Shown here piece by piece: positions 1 through 9,375 of a DNA stretch of 64,000 bases (position 1 is the stretch's first letter; every line of letters begins with the position of its first letter). The DNA comes from a virus. The position numbers and the translations under genes are program-made. The stretch lies in IMG/VR virus record IMGVR_UViG_3300021185_003145, positions 27,667 to 91,666 of that record. One strand, 5' to 3'. Below the pieces are notes generated by a model that was given only the letters and a program-made list of their open reading frames with translations, had not been told where the DNA came from and ran no database searches.

Positions 1-20
1 TCTGCAAACATTTCGTCCAT
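1..20 (-). CDS. 5' end of a gene running off the window (MDEMFA...)
   Basis: ATG at 20 just after the uvsX stop; only 6 codons visible. Confidence 0.4.
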
Positions 21-23
21 TGC

Positions 24-1121
24 TTATCCTTCTGCTACTTCTTTTTCTGTATCAATAACATCAACAACTGGTTGATCAGTTGCTTCTTCTTCAGTACTTA
101 GTGTATCACCACCAAGTGCAATATCTTCCATTACTGTATCAAGTTTTTCACCAATCCAATTTTTACGGAATTCAATAATAACTTCACCAGTACGTTTGCT
201 TGTGTATTCAAGTCTGTTACCACTTTTCTTTAGTAGTCCTGCTTTTTCAAAAATGTCAACAAGTCCACTATATGGATCCATACCTGTTTCATATGGAATT
301 TCTACTTGTACACCTTCAAACGGTTTTGCATAACGTGTTTTCATAACTTTACAAGCGGCTCTAATACCATGTACTTGCGAAGTCTTAACACCGTTTGCGT
401 CAACTTTAAGTTTAAGTTTTTTCATTGCAACAACAATACTTGATGCATATACAAAACCTTGTCCACCTGATATCTTATCATCAGGATCAAACATGTCTTG
501 CGATTGATAAGTGTGGTTAGTTGCTACTAAACCTACATTATAACTACCAAACATATTAACACAATTTGTTACTAGTGCTTTAAGTGCCTTAGCCTTACGA
601 CCCATATCACCTTTCATGTCACCTGCATCAAACTGATTGAGTTCAGTTGGTGTCATCATCATACCTAATGAGTCAATTACAAATAATACCTTAGGACGTT
701 CACCGTCGGGCATTGCTTTATAATCTTTCATAAAAGTACTAACTGTTTTTGCTACATCATCTAACATTGCCATGTTAAGTTTAAGAAGTTTTTCATCACT
801 TGTATCAACATTTAATGCTTGTAACCAACTTTCATCAAGTGCATTCTCTGAGTCAATTAATACTACAAAGATACCTTGATCTTGTGCGGCTTTAATAATA
901 TTACCACTTGCTATATAACTTTTACCAGCACCAGATTCTCCAGCAAATACTGTAACTTTACCTAAAGGAATTCCTTTGTGAAAGTCACCACTTACTAGAT
1001 AGTTTAATGCATAGTTACCAGTGCTGATCCAATCTGTAGGGTCATTAAAACCAACAGACAGGCCATCAATACTTTTTGTTATATCTTTTCTAAATTTACT
1101 TACGTCGAATGGTCTTGCCAT
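24..1121 (-). CDS. uvsX: RecA-like recombinase (UvsX)
   Basis: Walker A GESGAGKS, IDSENA, Walker B FVIDSLG, KISGGQG motifs; next to gp32. Confidence 0.95.
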   Translation of the reverse strand: MARPFDVSKFRKDITKSIDGLSVGFNDPTDWISTGNYALNYLVSGDFHKGIPLGKVTVFAGESGAGKSYIASGNIIKAAQDQGIFVVLIDSENALDESWLQALNVDTSDEKLLKLNMAMLDDVAKTVSTFMKDYKAMPDGERPKVLFVIDSLGMMMTPTELNQFDAGDMKGDMGRKAKALKALVTNCVNMFGSYNVGLVATNHTYQSQDMFDPDDKISGGQGFVYASSIVVAMKKLKLKVDANGVKTSQVHGIRAACKVMKTRYAKPFEGVQVEIPYETGMDPYSGLVDIFEKAGLLKKSGNRLEYTSKRTGEVIIEFRKNWIGEKLDTVMEDIALGGDTLSTEEEATDQPVVDVIDTEKEVAEG

Positions 1122-1142
1122 TTGTTTAATCTCCAGTCATTG

Positions 1143-1169
1143 AAAAGTAGGGGGCTGTAACCCCCCACT
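1143..1169 (-). terminator. Rho-independent terminator after gp32
   Basis: AGUGGGGG...CCCCCUACU stem followed by U-run on minus strand. Confidence 0.7.
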
Positions 1170-1177
1170 ATATAGTT

Positions 1178-2209
1178 TTACTTGTTGCTTTGACGTGATC
1201 TGATCATTGCTAGAATGTCTTCAGCACGTTGATTTCCACCTTCTTCGGCTGCTGGTGCAGTTGCACCCATTTCTGCCGGAGTTGCAACTGGAGCCGGTTG
1301 CATAACAGTTTCAGCAACTGGTTGAGCGACCGGAGCAGGAGACGATTCTGCTACTGGTGCCACAGGTGCCGCTGTTGCAACTGGAGTAGGTGTTGGAGCA
1401 TTTGAGCCTTCAGGTCTAGCCATTCCAGCAGGACGATAGTATGATGCATACTTGTCCGGATCATATGCTTTTCCATCTACACTATCTTCAAACATTTGTT
1501 TAATAATAGCCAGTTCTGTTTCAGATGGTTTCTTTGGCAAGAAGTCATTCAAGTCAAACAATCCGTTTGTATCTACTGCTGACTGCTCTTCTTCAGTAAT
1601 TGCAGTCTCTTTACGAGCCCAATTACTTGTTGAATAGTCTGCATAGCCACCTTTTGATGTCTTTACAACACGGAAGTCTAAACCTTTTGAGTAATCAGTT
1701 GGCATTTCTTCCATATCCGGGTCCATTAAACTTGCTTTAATAATATTAAACAGTTGTGGTCCCATAATGAATCTACGAACTGGATTCTCAGGAGATGTTT
1801 CTTCTAATGGATTATCACGAACAAAACCTTGGAATAAGTAAGATTTCTTTTTCCAGTATTTTCTACCCATATCTTCTAAAGAACTATCTTTAAACCATGG
1901 ACGTACTTCTGCAAGAATTGGGCAAGAACCAGTTGGCTCCCACATTTCCATACATGGTACTTGTACTACTGTAGTTTTTGTTTCGTTATCACCTACAATA
2001 CCTTGAAATGGTAAACGAATCATTGCTCGCTCTACCCAAAAGAATGTATTGTTAGGATTAGAGTCTGGAAGGAAACGAATAGTGGCTGTTTCGCCTTCGT
2101 TAATATTCCAGTGTGGATAAATGGCGTTGTCGCCATATGTATTGGAGTTACCGTTTGAACGGGTTTCTTGTGCTTGTAATTTTGCACGGATTTCTGCTAA
2201 TGATGCCAT
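1178..2209 (-). CDS. gp32: single-stranded DNA-binding protein (T4 gp32-like)
   Basis: ATIRFLPD, CP, YWKKKSY, KGGYADYSTS motifs; Pro/Ala-rich linker and EDILAMIRSR tail. Confidence 0.92.
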   Translation of the reverse strand: MASLAEIRAKLQAQETRSNGNSNTYGDNAIYPHWNINEGETATIRFLPDSNPNNTFFWVERAMIRLPFQGIVGDNETKTTVVQVPCMEMWEPTGSCPILAEVRPWFKDSSLEDMGRKYWKKKSYLFQGFVRDNPLEETSPENPVRRFIMGPQLFNIIKASLMDPDMEEMPTDYSKGLDFRVVKTSKGGYADYSTSNWARKETAITEEEQSAVDTNGLFDLNDFLPKKPSETELAIIKQMFEDSVDGKAYDPDKYASYYRPAGMARPEGSNAPTPTPVATAAPVAPVAESSPAPVAQPVAETVMQPAPVATPAEMGATAPAAEEGGNQRAEDILAMIRSRQSNK

Positions 2210-2299
2210 AATAATTTGCCTCTTTCTGTTTAGCCATAATGGTTAGTTGTTGTTTTAATGCCTCGATAGCACATACAAGATCTACTTGTACTGCTAACA

Positions 2300-2328
2300 A
2301 TTATATTTACCTTTGTAGTCAAAGTCAA
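2300..2328 (-). promoter_or_regulatory. sigma70-type promoter of gp32 with embedded late TAAATA
   Basis: TTGACT-N17-TATAAT on minus strand; a second TTGACC...TATATT candidate at about 2378-2407. Confidence 0.75.
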
Positions 2329-2505
2329 CCACTTTTTTTAAAATAAACATAATGTCTTGTTCTCTAAGCATGTACTTAATATAACATACTATATTAGTAA
2401 AGGTCAAGAGAAATCTGCATTTTTTTTGCATATAGTAGCGAATTATATACAAAAGGTAAGCAGACAACCTCTGACGCCTGTCGCTGTAACAGCGGTCCTA
2501 AGCGT

Positions 2506-4911
2506 TTACTTTAATCCGGCTAAGCCGAGTATTCTATCTATTTCTGATTGGTAATCAATATCTTCATTTTTTACTGCAAGATCATCATCACCATCACCAT
2601 CTAAATCTACCATAATCCAGTTTTCACCTTTTGGATCTTGACTATCATGTTGACAATCTGTAGTTGGCTCGCCTAACATATCACCACACTCTTTACATTT
2701 TAGGCTACATGCTTCGTTAATACTTTCGTCCATTGGCTCTTCTGAATCTTCGTCTACTTTGTCTTCTTTTTTAGGAAGTTTATCTTTAATTAGACCTGCA
2801 ATCTTCAGCATAGTTTCAAGTTCTTTATCACCTAGTGCGTTTTTCTGACTTTGTAAATCTGCTTCTGCTTTTTTAAGTGATTGTTCTAAATCTTCATCTA
2901 CTTCTACTACTTTTTCATCCATTAGTCCAAGCTCGTCTAGCTCATCACTTATATACTGTACTGGATCTCCATCTCTGGCTTTCATAGTATCGTATGGCAT
3001 ATCTTCTGAATAGTAATCAAACAAATCCATATACAAATCAGTATCGTATACTGACATTAAATCATTACTCATTTGCATCTTTTTAGTTTCTGCAGGATGT
3101 TTTTTAAGTATATTAATAACATTTTCTTTGTCAGTATTTCTGGCTACTACTTGTGGGTAATCAGTATCATCTTCACTAACTGAACCAGCGTCATAATCAA
3201 CTGCTACCATTAGCCTTTTTATTAATTGTTCATCAATATCATAACGTTGAATATTTGCTAATACCCATCTTTGTATGATTGGTCTTGCATCTGCATTTGG
3301 ATCTTCGTCGCTTAACTCTCCAAGATCGTCATATAACTCATCATCACCTACAATGTTGCCTAATGCATTACTGGCATTTTGTGCATCTGCTCCAACTGGT
3401 AAAGGTTTTTGCATAAGTTTTTCTAATTCTTCTGCAGCCTCTTCTGTATCTGGAATTGCCCAAGTACCTTCAATTAGATTGTTAGCCCAACTTTCTAATT
3501 GATTGTCTTCAGTTTTTAATTTTTTCTTTGCTTTTGGTTCTGACATCTTAACGTTGCCTTTGAGATACTTTAGTGCAAGACCCATTGCCGCATTATATTG
3601 CTTGGCATTATCAGTATCAAGATCACCTAACGCATTAGCAAGTTCACTATCTACAGCGTTTAACTCTAAATAGTCAATTATCTTCATAATTATGCTTCTA
3701 TTTTTTTGATCTTTTTCCTGGCCACTGCTCTTAACTATTTCAAGCTCTGCATTAAGTTCTGCTTGTGCTCCTGGATTATTTTGTACTTCAATAGCATCTG
3801 ATGATTTTGCAAACTTCATTAAGTTATCTGCTCTGTTGGCAAGTTTTGCATCTTGCTCTTTTTCAAATTCATCATAATCCTTATCTGCTTGTGATACAGC
3901 CGGCTCTGCTTCTGCTACTGCTTCGTTATCATGTTTTTCATTCATTGCTTTAATTCCTTGGGCTAAACTTGGTAAAACAGAATCCACAATATTGTCTCTT
4001 TCAATGCGAATTAGTTTACTACGAATATCATCTAAGTCGGCTTGTTCAATAGTTGACTCTGTAGGCTCATATTGCTGTACATAAGTCTTATATCCTTTTG
4101 GACCTGATAATGTTTTTAAAGTTGCAACTAAACCAGTTGCACGTTGCTTTGCTTGTTCAATAATATTTTGTGCTTCATCTTGCTCTGCAAAATTATCTGC
4201 ACGTTTAAATGCTTTTACAAACTTTTTAAGATCAATAACTTCCTGATTCATTTCATGTATGTGTTGTCCAAGTTCATCTACTTGATTTCCACCATGATTA
4301 ACATGTTGTGCCATTGCTCTTGCACCTGCTAAAAATCTAAAAGGAAACTTTGTGCGTTCTTTTGCTGAATTTTCAATAAACAAACTGTGTATTTGTCTTG
4401 TTCTTGAACCACGTTTTTCTTCGTCTACTGGCTTAGAGTGCTTTATAACTAAACGTACTTCACCAATGTTTTGATAACTGGTTTTAAGACTTCCGTGTAG
4501 TTTGCTCTCGTTAACATCTTCAACTGTGTCACTTACATCATTTGTTTTAATATAAGCATAATCTTTTTTATCTAATTGTTGCTTGCCGATATTTCTAACA
4601 TCAAAACCCATTAAGTTTCTTTTTGCAAAATATCTTAATTCTTTTAAAAATGTGTACCAATCTTTTTTATCATCATAACGCATGTCTTCAGTGATGTTAT
4701 TGTTGTAATATACAACTAGTGCATCTGGATCAACAATGTTAACTGTAACACTTCCATATGTTTTTCCACTACCTGTATACTCAAGTGTAAAAATTCTACC
4801 TGCGTCTGGCTCGATAGTACTCTGTGCCTGTTCGTTTGCAATAGTTAACTTGTCAAACTTCTTGGCTAATATACTGCTTAAATCTGTCGCTATTTTATTG
4901 TGTATTTGCAT
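2506..4911 (-). CDS. large acidic hypothetical protein, probably virion/internal head protein
   Basis: 801 aa ORF, late TAAATA motif just upstream, C-terminal EIDRILGLAGLK. Confidence 0.75.
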   Translation of the reverse strand: MQIHNKIATDLSSILAKKFDKLTIANEQAQSTIEPDAGRIFTLEYTGSGKTYGSVTVNIVDPDALVVYYNNNITEDMRYDDKKDWYTFLKELRYFAKRNLMGFDVRNIGKQQLDKKDYAYIKTNDVSDTVEDVNESKLHGSLKTSYQNIGEVRLVIKHSKPVDEEKRGSRTRQIHSLFIENSAKERTKFPFRFLAGARAMAQHVNHGGNQVDELGQHIHEMNQEVIDLKKFVKAFKRADNFAEQDEAQNIIEQAKQRATGLVATLKTLSGPKGYKTYVQQYEPTESTIEQADLDDIRSKLIRIERDNIVDSVLPSLAQGIKAMNEKHDNEAVAEAEPAVSQADKDYDEFEKEQDAKLANRADNLMKFAKSSDAIEVQNNPGAQAELNAELEIVKSSGQEKDQKNRSIIMKIIDYLELNAVDSELANALGDLDTDNAKQYNAAMGLALKYLKGNVKMSEPKAKKKLKTEDNQLESWANNLIEGTWAIPDTEEAAEELEKLMQKPLPVGADAQNASNALGNIVGDDELYDDLGELSDEDPNADARPIIQRWVLANIQRYDIDEQLIKRLMVAVDYDAGSVSEDDTDYPQVVARNTDKENVINILKKHPAETKKMQMSNDLMSVYDTDLYMDLFDYYSEDMPYDTMKARDGDPVQYISDELDELGLMDEKVVEVDEDLEQSLKKAEADLQSQKNALGDKELETMLKIAGLIKDKLPKKEDKVDEDSEEPMDESINEACSLKCKECGDMLGEPTTDCQHDSQDPKGENWIMVDLDGDGDDDLAVKNEDIDYQSEIDRILGLAGLK

Positions 4912-4915
4912 AAAG

Positions 4916-5275
4916 TTATTTATCCGAATTGTTGGTTCTTGCTTTAGTTAAAATAGCCAGATCTTGTTGTATGAGAACAGGAATTGGAGTACTATGTCCA
5001 CCGTAACACGGATGACTGTACAACCATTCTTCATGCAATCTGCACTCGTTTAACCTATTGTGTATCTTACACAACAGTCTGCCACTAGAATGCCAGTGTA
5101 TCCACATTCTAGCAACATAGTTATTTAACGGTGTAATATTGTGTTCTCCTTTCCATTGCTGTACGTCTATCTGTTGCTTTCGCCAGTAAGACTTACTCCA
5201 AGGACAAACACTAACAATTGAAGCGAAATACTCACTCCAATCTATATTACTTTCTTTTGCCGCCTTTTCCGCCAC
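4916..5275 (-). CDS. hypothetical protein (DWSEYF..VCPWS..WLYSHP..STPIPVLIQQD)
   Basis: ORF-track frame 4916..5311; start uncertain, GTG at 5275 chosen because the 5311 start has no room for an RBS. Confidence 0.65.
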   Translation of the reverse strand: MAEKAAKESNIDWSEYFASIVSVCPWSKSYWRKQQIDVQQWKGEHNITPLNNYVARMWIHWHSSGRLLCKIHNRLNECRLHEEWLYSHPCYGGHSTPIPVLIQQDLAILTKARTNNSDK

Positions 5276-5285
5276 GTTTTGCCAT
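5247..5285 (-). CDS. 12-aa basic micro-peptide MAKRGGKGGKRK
   Basis: ATAAATA late motif (5313-5319), AAGGAG RBS, ATG, 12 codons, TAA. Confidence 0.55.
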   Translation of the reverse strand: MAKRGGKGGKRK

Positions 5286-5320
5286 TTTAAAACTCCTTGT
5301 TTGTTACACAAATATTTATC

Positions 5321-6886
5321 CTACATCAATATAAAAGGCATTGGTTCTATTATATCATCAAGGTGATCTTTCATTCGTTCTTCAATACTAGCATCATAAT
5401 TACGAACTACATTTGTCATTCGTATTGCTAGTAATAAACTCATTACTAAATCATCTTTCTCTCCAGGCTTTGCACTATAACTATTTCCAGTGGCAACAAA
5501 GCATTTCATTTCACTAATAAGACTTTTACTATTAAGATTAAGTCGTTTAGTTTCTATTAAAGATTTCATTTTTGCACAAGCAGATAACTTACTTCGATGT
5601 GTTGTATTAAACCCTTTACGGAATCTTTTTGCATTTCCGTGTGCTCGCGGTTCGCTCAAAAATACTCCAGGTATATTTTCTTCTCCAATTTCAGCAATAC
5701 TAACAAGTGCAGCCTCTCCTAGTGTATTATTTTCAACACTATAATAGACATCATTTGGCTCGCCGATGCACTCAGCCAAGTATCCACATATTTCTCTCAT
5801 AATTGCTACTTGTTGTGTTATTGGTGTTTTATTATGCATCCACTCGGCTACTTGTACTAAATTAGGCAATTCAAGTATTTGTATTGCACTATTGTCCCCT
5901 CCTGTTCCTAAACTAGGATCTAGTGCAACCATATAAGTTTGTCCTTTGACTGGCTTTTTATACCAACGTACTTGTCCTTGCTTTTCAATTGGATCTGAGC
6001 CATCAAGTTCTGCTAGTCTAACTGGATTAATTAATGTTTCTTCGTAGATAATAGGTTCGCATTCCATTTCACGTCTGAAACGTTCATCGCCAATTCTACC
6101 ACGTTCTTCTATTGCCCACTGCTCATCTCTGTCTGGGTGCTCTTGCCACAAGCATTTGTAAGGAGCAAATCCGTTTGTTCCTGAATCACTTTCGTTACCA
6201 TACTCATCAATGTTATCGTTTGCTTGTGTCCACAACAACCAAAACTGATCTTCATCACTGTTAGGTGTACTTGTAATAATTGCACTACCACCTGTTGCTA
6301 GTGTAGGAGATATTGATGTCCAAAATTCTGTAGCAATAGTATTACGAACAAATGCAAACTCATCACAGTATAATAATGTTATGGACATACCACGTCCGGT
6401 ATTTTCTGTTGTTGCTTGTGCTACAATTCTACTTCCGTTTTCAAATTCAATTGAACCTTTGTTGTAGTTTGTAACACCTGCTCTAATATGATCAGGGCAT
6501 AGTTCATATGCATAACGTATACGTTGCATAATCTCTTGAGCTCCACTAAACTTATGTGCCGCAATAAGTATTGTACTATCAGCAATAAACATTGCATGCC
6601 ATAACAAGTAACCAGCGGCAGTAGTTGTTTTACCCATTTGTCGACTCAGTAAATTAATACTGAAACGATTTTTGTGATAACTATTAACGAGAGACTCTTG
6701 AAACTCAAAAGGCTTGTACAACATTTTTCCTTGGACTGGATGTTGTATGTGAAAATAATTTGACATAAAATAGTTAGGACCGTTATCAGTGTTTGCACAC
6801 TTTATAAATTCTTCTAATTGTCCTTCAGAAAACTTCTGGCTTTGGTGGGCTCTTTTTACTAAAACGCCATCTAAACTCTTGCTCAT
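5321..6886 (-). CDS. gp17: terminase large subunit (gp17-like)
   Basis: SRQMGKTT Walker A, LLYCDEFAF Walker B, ITSTPN motif III, RNase H-like LDPSLGTGGD and DDLVMS. Confidence 0.95.
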   Translation of the reverse strand: MSKSLDGVLVKRAHQSQKFSEGQLEEFIKCANTDNGPNYFMSNYFHIQHPVQGKMLYKPFEFQESLVNSYHKNRFSINLLSRQMGKTTTAAGYLLWHAMFIADSTILIAAHKFSGAQEIMQRIRYAYELCPDHIRAGVTNYNKGSIEFENGSRIVAQATTENTGRGMSITLLYCDEFAFVRNTIATEFWTSISPTLATGGSAIITSTPNSDEDQFWLLWTQANDNIDEYGNESDSGTNGFAPYKCLWQEHPDRDEQWAIEERGRIGDERFRREMECEPIIYEETLINPVRLAELDGSDPIEKQGQVRWYKKPVKGQTYMVALDPSLGTGGDNSAIQILELPNLVQVAEWMHNKTPITQQVAIMREICGYLAECIGEPNDVYYSVENNTLGEAALVSIAEIGEENIPGVFLSEPRAHGNAKRFRKGFNTTHRSKLSACAKMKSLIETKRLNLNSKSLISEMKCFVATGNSYSAKPGEKDDLVMSLLLAIRMTNVVRNYDASIEERMKDHLDDIIEPMPFILM

Positions 6887-6907
6887 TTGTTTCTCTCATT
6901 GTATAAT
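6879..6907 (+). promoter_or_regulatory. TTGCTC-N17-TATAAT promoter of the HNH gene
   Basis: exact 17-nt spacer; same -35 hexamer upstream of gp55 and gp47. Confidence 0.55.
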
Positions 6908-6942
6908 GTATACATATTATAACTTATTTATCGGTAAAAATT

Positions 6943-7497
6943 GTGAGTGATTGCTTAGTATTAAATGGTAACTATCAGCCGTTGAGTTTACTACCATTAA
7001 GTGTAGTAGGCTGGCAACAGGCTGTTAAATTATATTTCTTAGATCGGGTTAGGATCATTGAAACGTATGATGACTGGCAAGTACACAGTCCTAATATGGA
7101 TTTTAAAGTACCTGCTCTTGTGGCATTACGAAAATACTACCCTGTGCAAAAACAAATAAGATTCACTCGTTATAATTTATTTTTACGTGATATGTATCAG
7201 TGTCAATATTGTGCTGATACTTTTCCTACTATTGAATTAACTGTTGACCATGTACTTCCACTAAGCAAAGGTGGAAAAACAAATTGGCAAAATTGTGTTA
7301 GTGCTTGTAAAAAATGTAATACAAAAAAAGGTAATACTGTTGGGCAAATGATTCCTATCAGAAAAACGTTTACACCGGATTACTTTAACTTATCTAGTAT
7401 TAGACGCAAGAGACCATTTACTGTACGACACAGTAGTTGGTTAGAATATATTGGAAACGTAGATGACTTTAAGTTTAGTAAGGATTCTCACCAGTAA
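6943..7497 (+). CDS. HNH endonuclease (McrA-like)
   Basis: CQYC...TVDHVLPLSKGG..W.NCVSACKKCNTKK; N-terminal LVLN..YQPL. Confidence 0.9.
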   Translation: MSDCLVLNGNYQPLSLLPLSVVGWQQAVKLYFLDRVRIIETYDDWQVHSPNMDFKVPALVALRKYYPVQKQIRFTRYNLFLRDMYQCQYCADTFPTIELTVDHVLPLSKGGKTNWQNCVSACKKCNTKKGNTVGQMIPIRKTFTPDYFNLSSIRRKRPFTVRHSSWLEYIGNVDDFKFSKDSHQ

Positions 7498-7681
7498 GAT
7501 GTGTTTGTGCAAACCATAATTTAAACCATTCAGGTGTTCCTGGTTTAATATTTTTCTTCTTCATATGTTTAGATTTTTTATCTCCCACATAAGAGAGATT
7601 CTCACTATAAGGGGTCAAACCTTTATACGATTCAACCCCTGCTAGTTTTTTTAAATTTTTTAACTCTTCTTCAAAAGTCAT
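7475..7681 (-). CDS. small hypothetical protein (IKPGTPEWFKLWF)
   Basis: 68 aa ORF in operon context; LKKLAG motif. Confidence 0.75.
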   Translation of the reverse strand: MTFEEELKNLKKLAGVESYKGLTPYSENLSYVGDKKSKHMKKKNIKPGTPEWFKLWFAQTHLTGENPY

Positions 7682-7682
7682 T

Positions 7683-8837
7683 TTACTTCGACATAAGTGC
7701 CTGTAGTTGGTCTGCCAATTTTGCTGCCAGTGGGTTATCCCCCGGACCCTCTTTTCTAGTGTGGGCTTTTGGCCCGTTTAGTCCTCCGGACAATTTGTTT
7801 AATTGCATATCCGCATCCATGTAATCTTCGTCTGGTGAGTTAGAATACTCGTCCAGTGCTTTTGTTGCCTGTGTATCTGCCTGTAAGCCCGCTAAGGACA
7901 TAAGTGATGCTAAGTCATCGACTGCAACTTCTACTGTTTCTTGTACGTCTGCTTCTTCAACAGTTTCTGCTTCTTCTACAGATTCACCAATGCCGTACAT
8001 AAACAACTTGCTGTATACTTCTGGATGATCTTGTTTGATTGCATATTTAATGTCTTGCATAAATTTTTCTCTCATTGCGGTATCACCTGAAGAAGCCATA
8101 GCGACAATATCATCACCATCAGCATTAGCATTTTTCATAAGATTTTCTAATGCTTCGATTGAATCCTCAATATCATCAATCATAATATATGAATAATCAT
8201 ACGGGTCACCTTGCATTAATTCTCTTTCTACTTCTTCGTCACTCATGCCTTTTGCTTTGAGTTCTGCTTTAGCCTCAGCCTCTCCATCATAGTACTCTTT
8301 TTGATCTGCTTTATAAGACATTAAAAGTTTTTTTAAGGCAGGTGCAACCATATCAAGTGTTACACTATCTCTATCAATATTTGATAATTCTTCTTCACGA
8401 CCAGTGTTAGTAACTTCTTCAGATGCTTCATCAACAACTTCTTCTGTTGCTACTTCATCAGATTCAAAACTAGCATTCATCTCATGGTGTCTACGATAGT
8501 CATCTACAAACTCTTTTATTTGATCTGCATCTAAGAAACGTACTATTTCTTGGAATATAGGATGATCTGGATCGCAACCTACTTCATCACATAAGTCCAT
8601 AATAGGATCAGCGGCAGTACCTACTGCTTCTGTTTCAACGCTTTCATTTGATTCATTTGCTTCTTTAGAATCGTCCCAAAATTTGCCGGCTTCTTCAGCA
8701 CTACCAAATGTTTTTGAATGCATGTCAATAAAATCTTTTCTGCTATTATCTTGTGCTTCAATATCTAAATCAGACATTCTACTTTCAGATACATCTTTTT
8801 CCATGCCTGAATATTTTAATAAGGTTTCTAAATCCAT
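7683..8837 (-). CDS. acidic hypothetical protein, possible internal head protein
   Basis: 384 aa, D/E-rich with many (V/I)xE motifs and LMSLAGL. Confidence 0.75.
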   Translation of the reverse strand: MDLETLLKYSGMEKDVSESRMSDLDIEAQDNSRKDFIDMHSKTFGSAEEAGKFWDDSKEANESNESVETEAVGTAADPIMDLCDEVGCDPDHPIFQEIVRFLDADQIKEFVDDYRRHHEMNASFESDEVATEEVVDEASEEVTNTGREEELSNIDRDSVTLDMVAPALKKLLMSYKADQKEYYDGEAEAKAELKAKGMSDEEVERELMQGDPYDYSYIMIDDIEDSIEALENLMKNANADGDDIVAMASSGDTAMREKFMQDIKYAIKQDHPEVYSKLFMYGIGESVEEAETVEEADVQETVEVAVDDLASLMSLAGLQADTQATKALDEYSNSPDEDYMDADMQLNKLSGGLNGPKAHTRKEGPGDNPLAAKLADQLQALMSK

Positions 8838-8838
8838 G

Positions 8839-9348
8839 TTACTTTCCTGCTTTTTCTTTTTTGGCTATTTCTACTTCCGGAGTACCACGCTCTAATTCTT
8901 TAAGCATGTTCTCGTTATATTTGTCACCAAATGTTGGGTCATCTTTACTATCTTCATAGTCGCTATCAAGTAAAGGCTCATATTCTTTTTCTTTGGCATT
9001 AGCCGCTTCTTCACGTGCAATTTCTTCCGGGTGCTCAGCGTTAATAACAACTAAGTGCGACCCTGAAAGTCCAGCATATTCGGCTAACTCATTTCTTAAT
9101 ATTGCAGAAGTACAAGGATAATTTACAGTAACGTCAATCATGCTAACTTCTGAATTCTTTAATGTTTGGAAATCCATTGGATGTTCCTGAATAGGAGTTG
9201 TTTTTGGCTTACTCATGTCAGTTACACTGTACTTTCCGAGCACCATTTCAATTCTATCAATGTGCTGATCTTCAAGAGTGCCGGCATATTTTATACGGAA
9301 TTTGTATTCTTTTTTACTTTCCGTTAAGTATTGTTGAAATGTTTTCAT
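8839..9348 (-). CDS. hypothetical protein with T4 internal-protein-like N-terminus (MKTFQQYLTE)
   Basis: 169 aa ORF, late motif upstream; N-terminus resembles the T4 capsid-targeting sequence. Confidence 0.7.
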   Translation of the reverse strand: MKTFQQYLTESKKEYKFRIKYAGTLEDQHIDRIEMVLGKYSVTDMSKPKTTPIQEHPMDFQTLKNSEVSMIDVTVNYPCTSAILRNELAEYAGLSGSHLVVINAEHPEEIAREEAANAKEKEYEPLLDSDYEDSKDDPTFGDKYNENMLKELERGTPEVEIAKKEKAGK

Positions 9349-9375
9349 TTTATCCAGACCTCTATGTAATATAAG

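Noticed and set aside
2455-2480. preQ1-I riboswitch resemblance (AGAGGUU...)
   Set aside because: Lacks the A-rich 3' tail and conserved loop, and is not positioned at a relevant gene
6943-7497. HNH as an intron-encoded homing endonuclease in the terminase
   Set aside because: Terminase ORF is intact and the HNH gene is free-standing on the opposite strand
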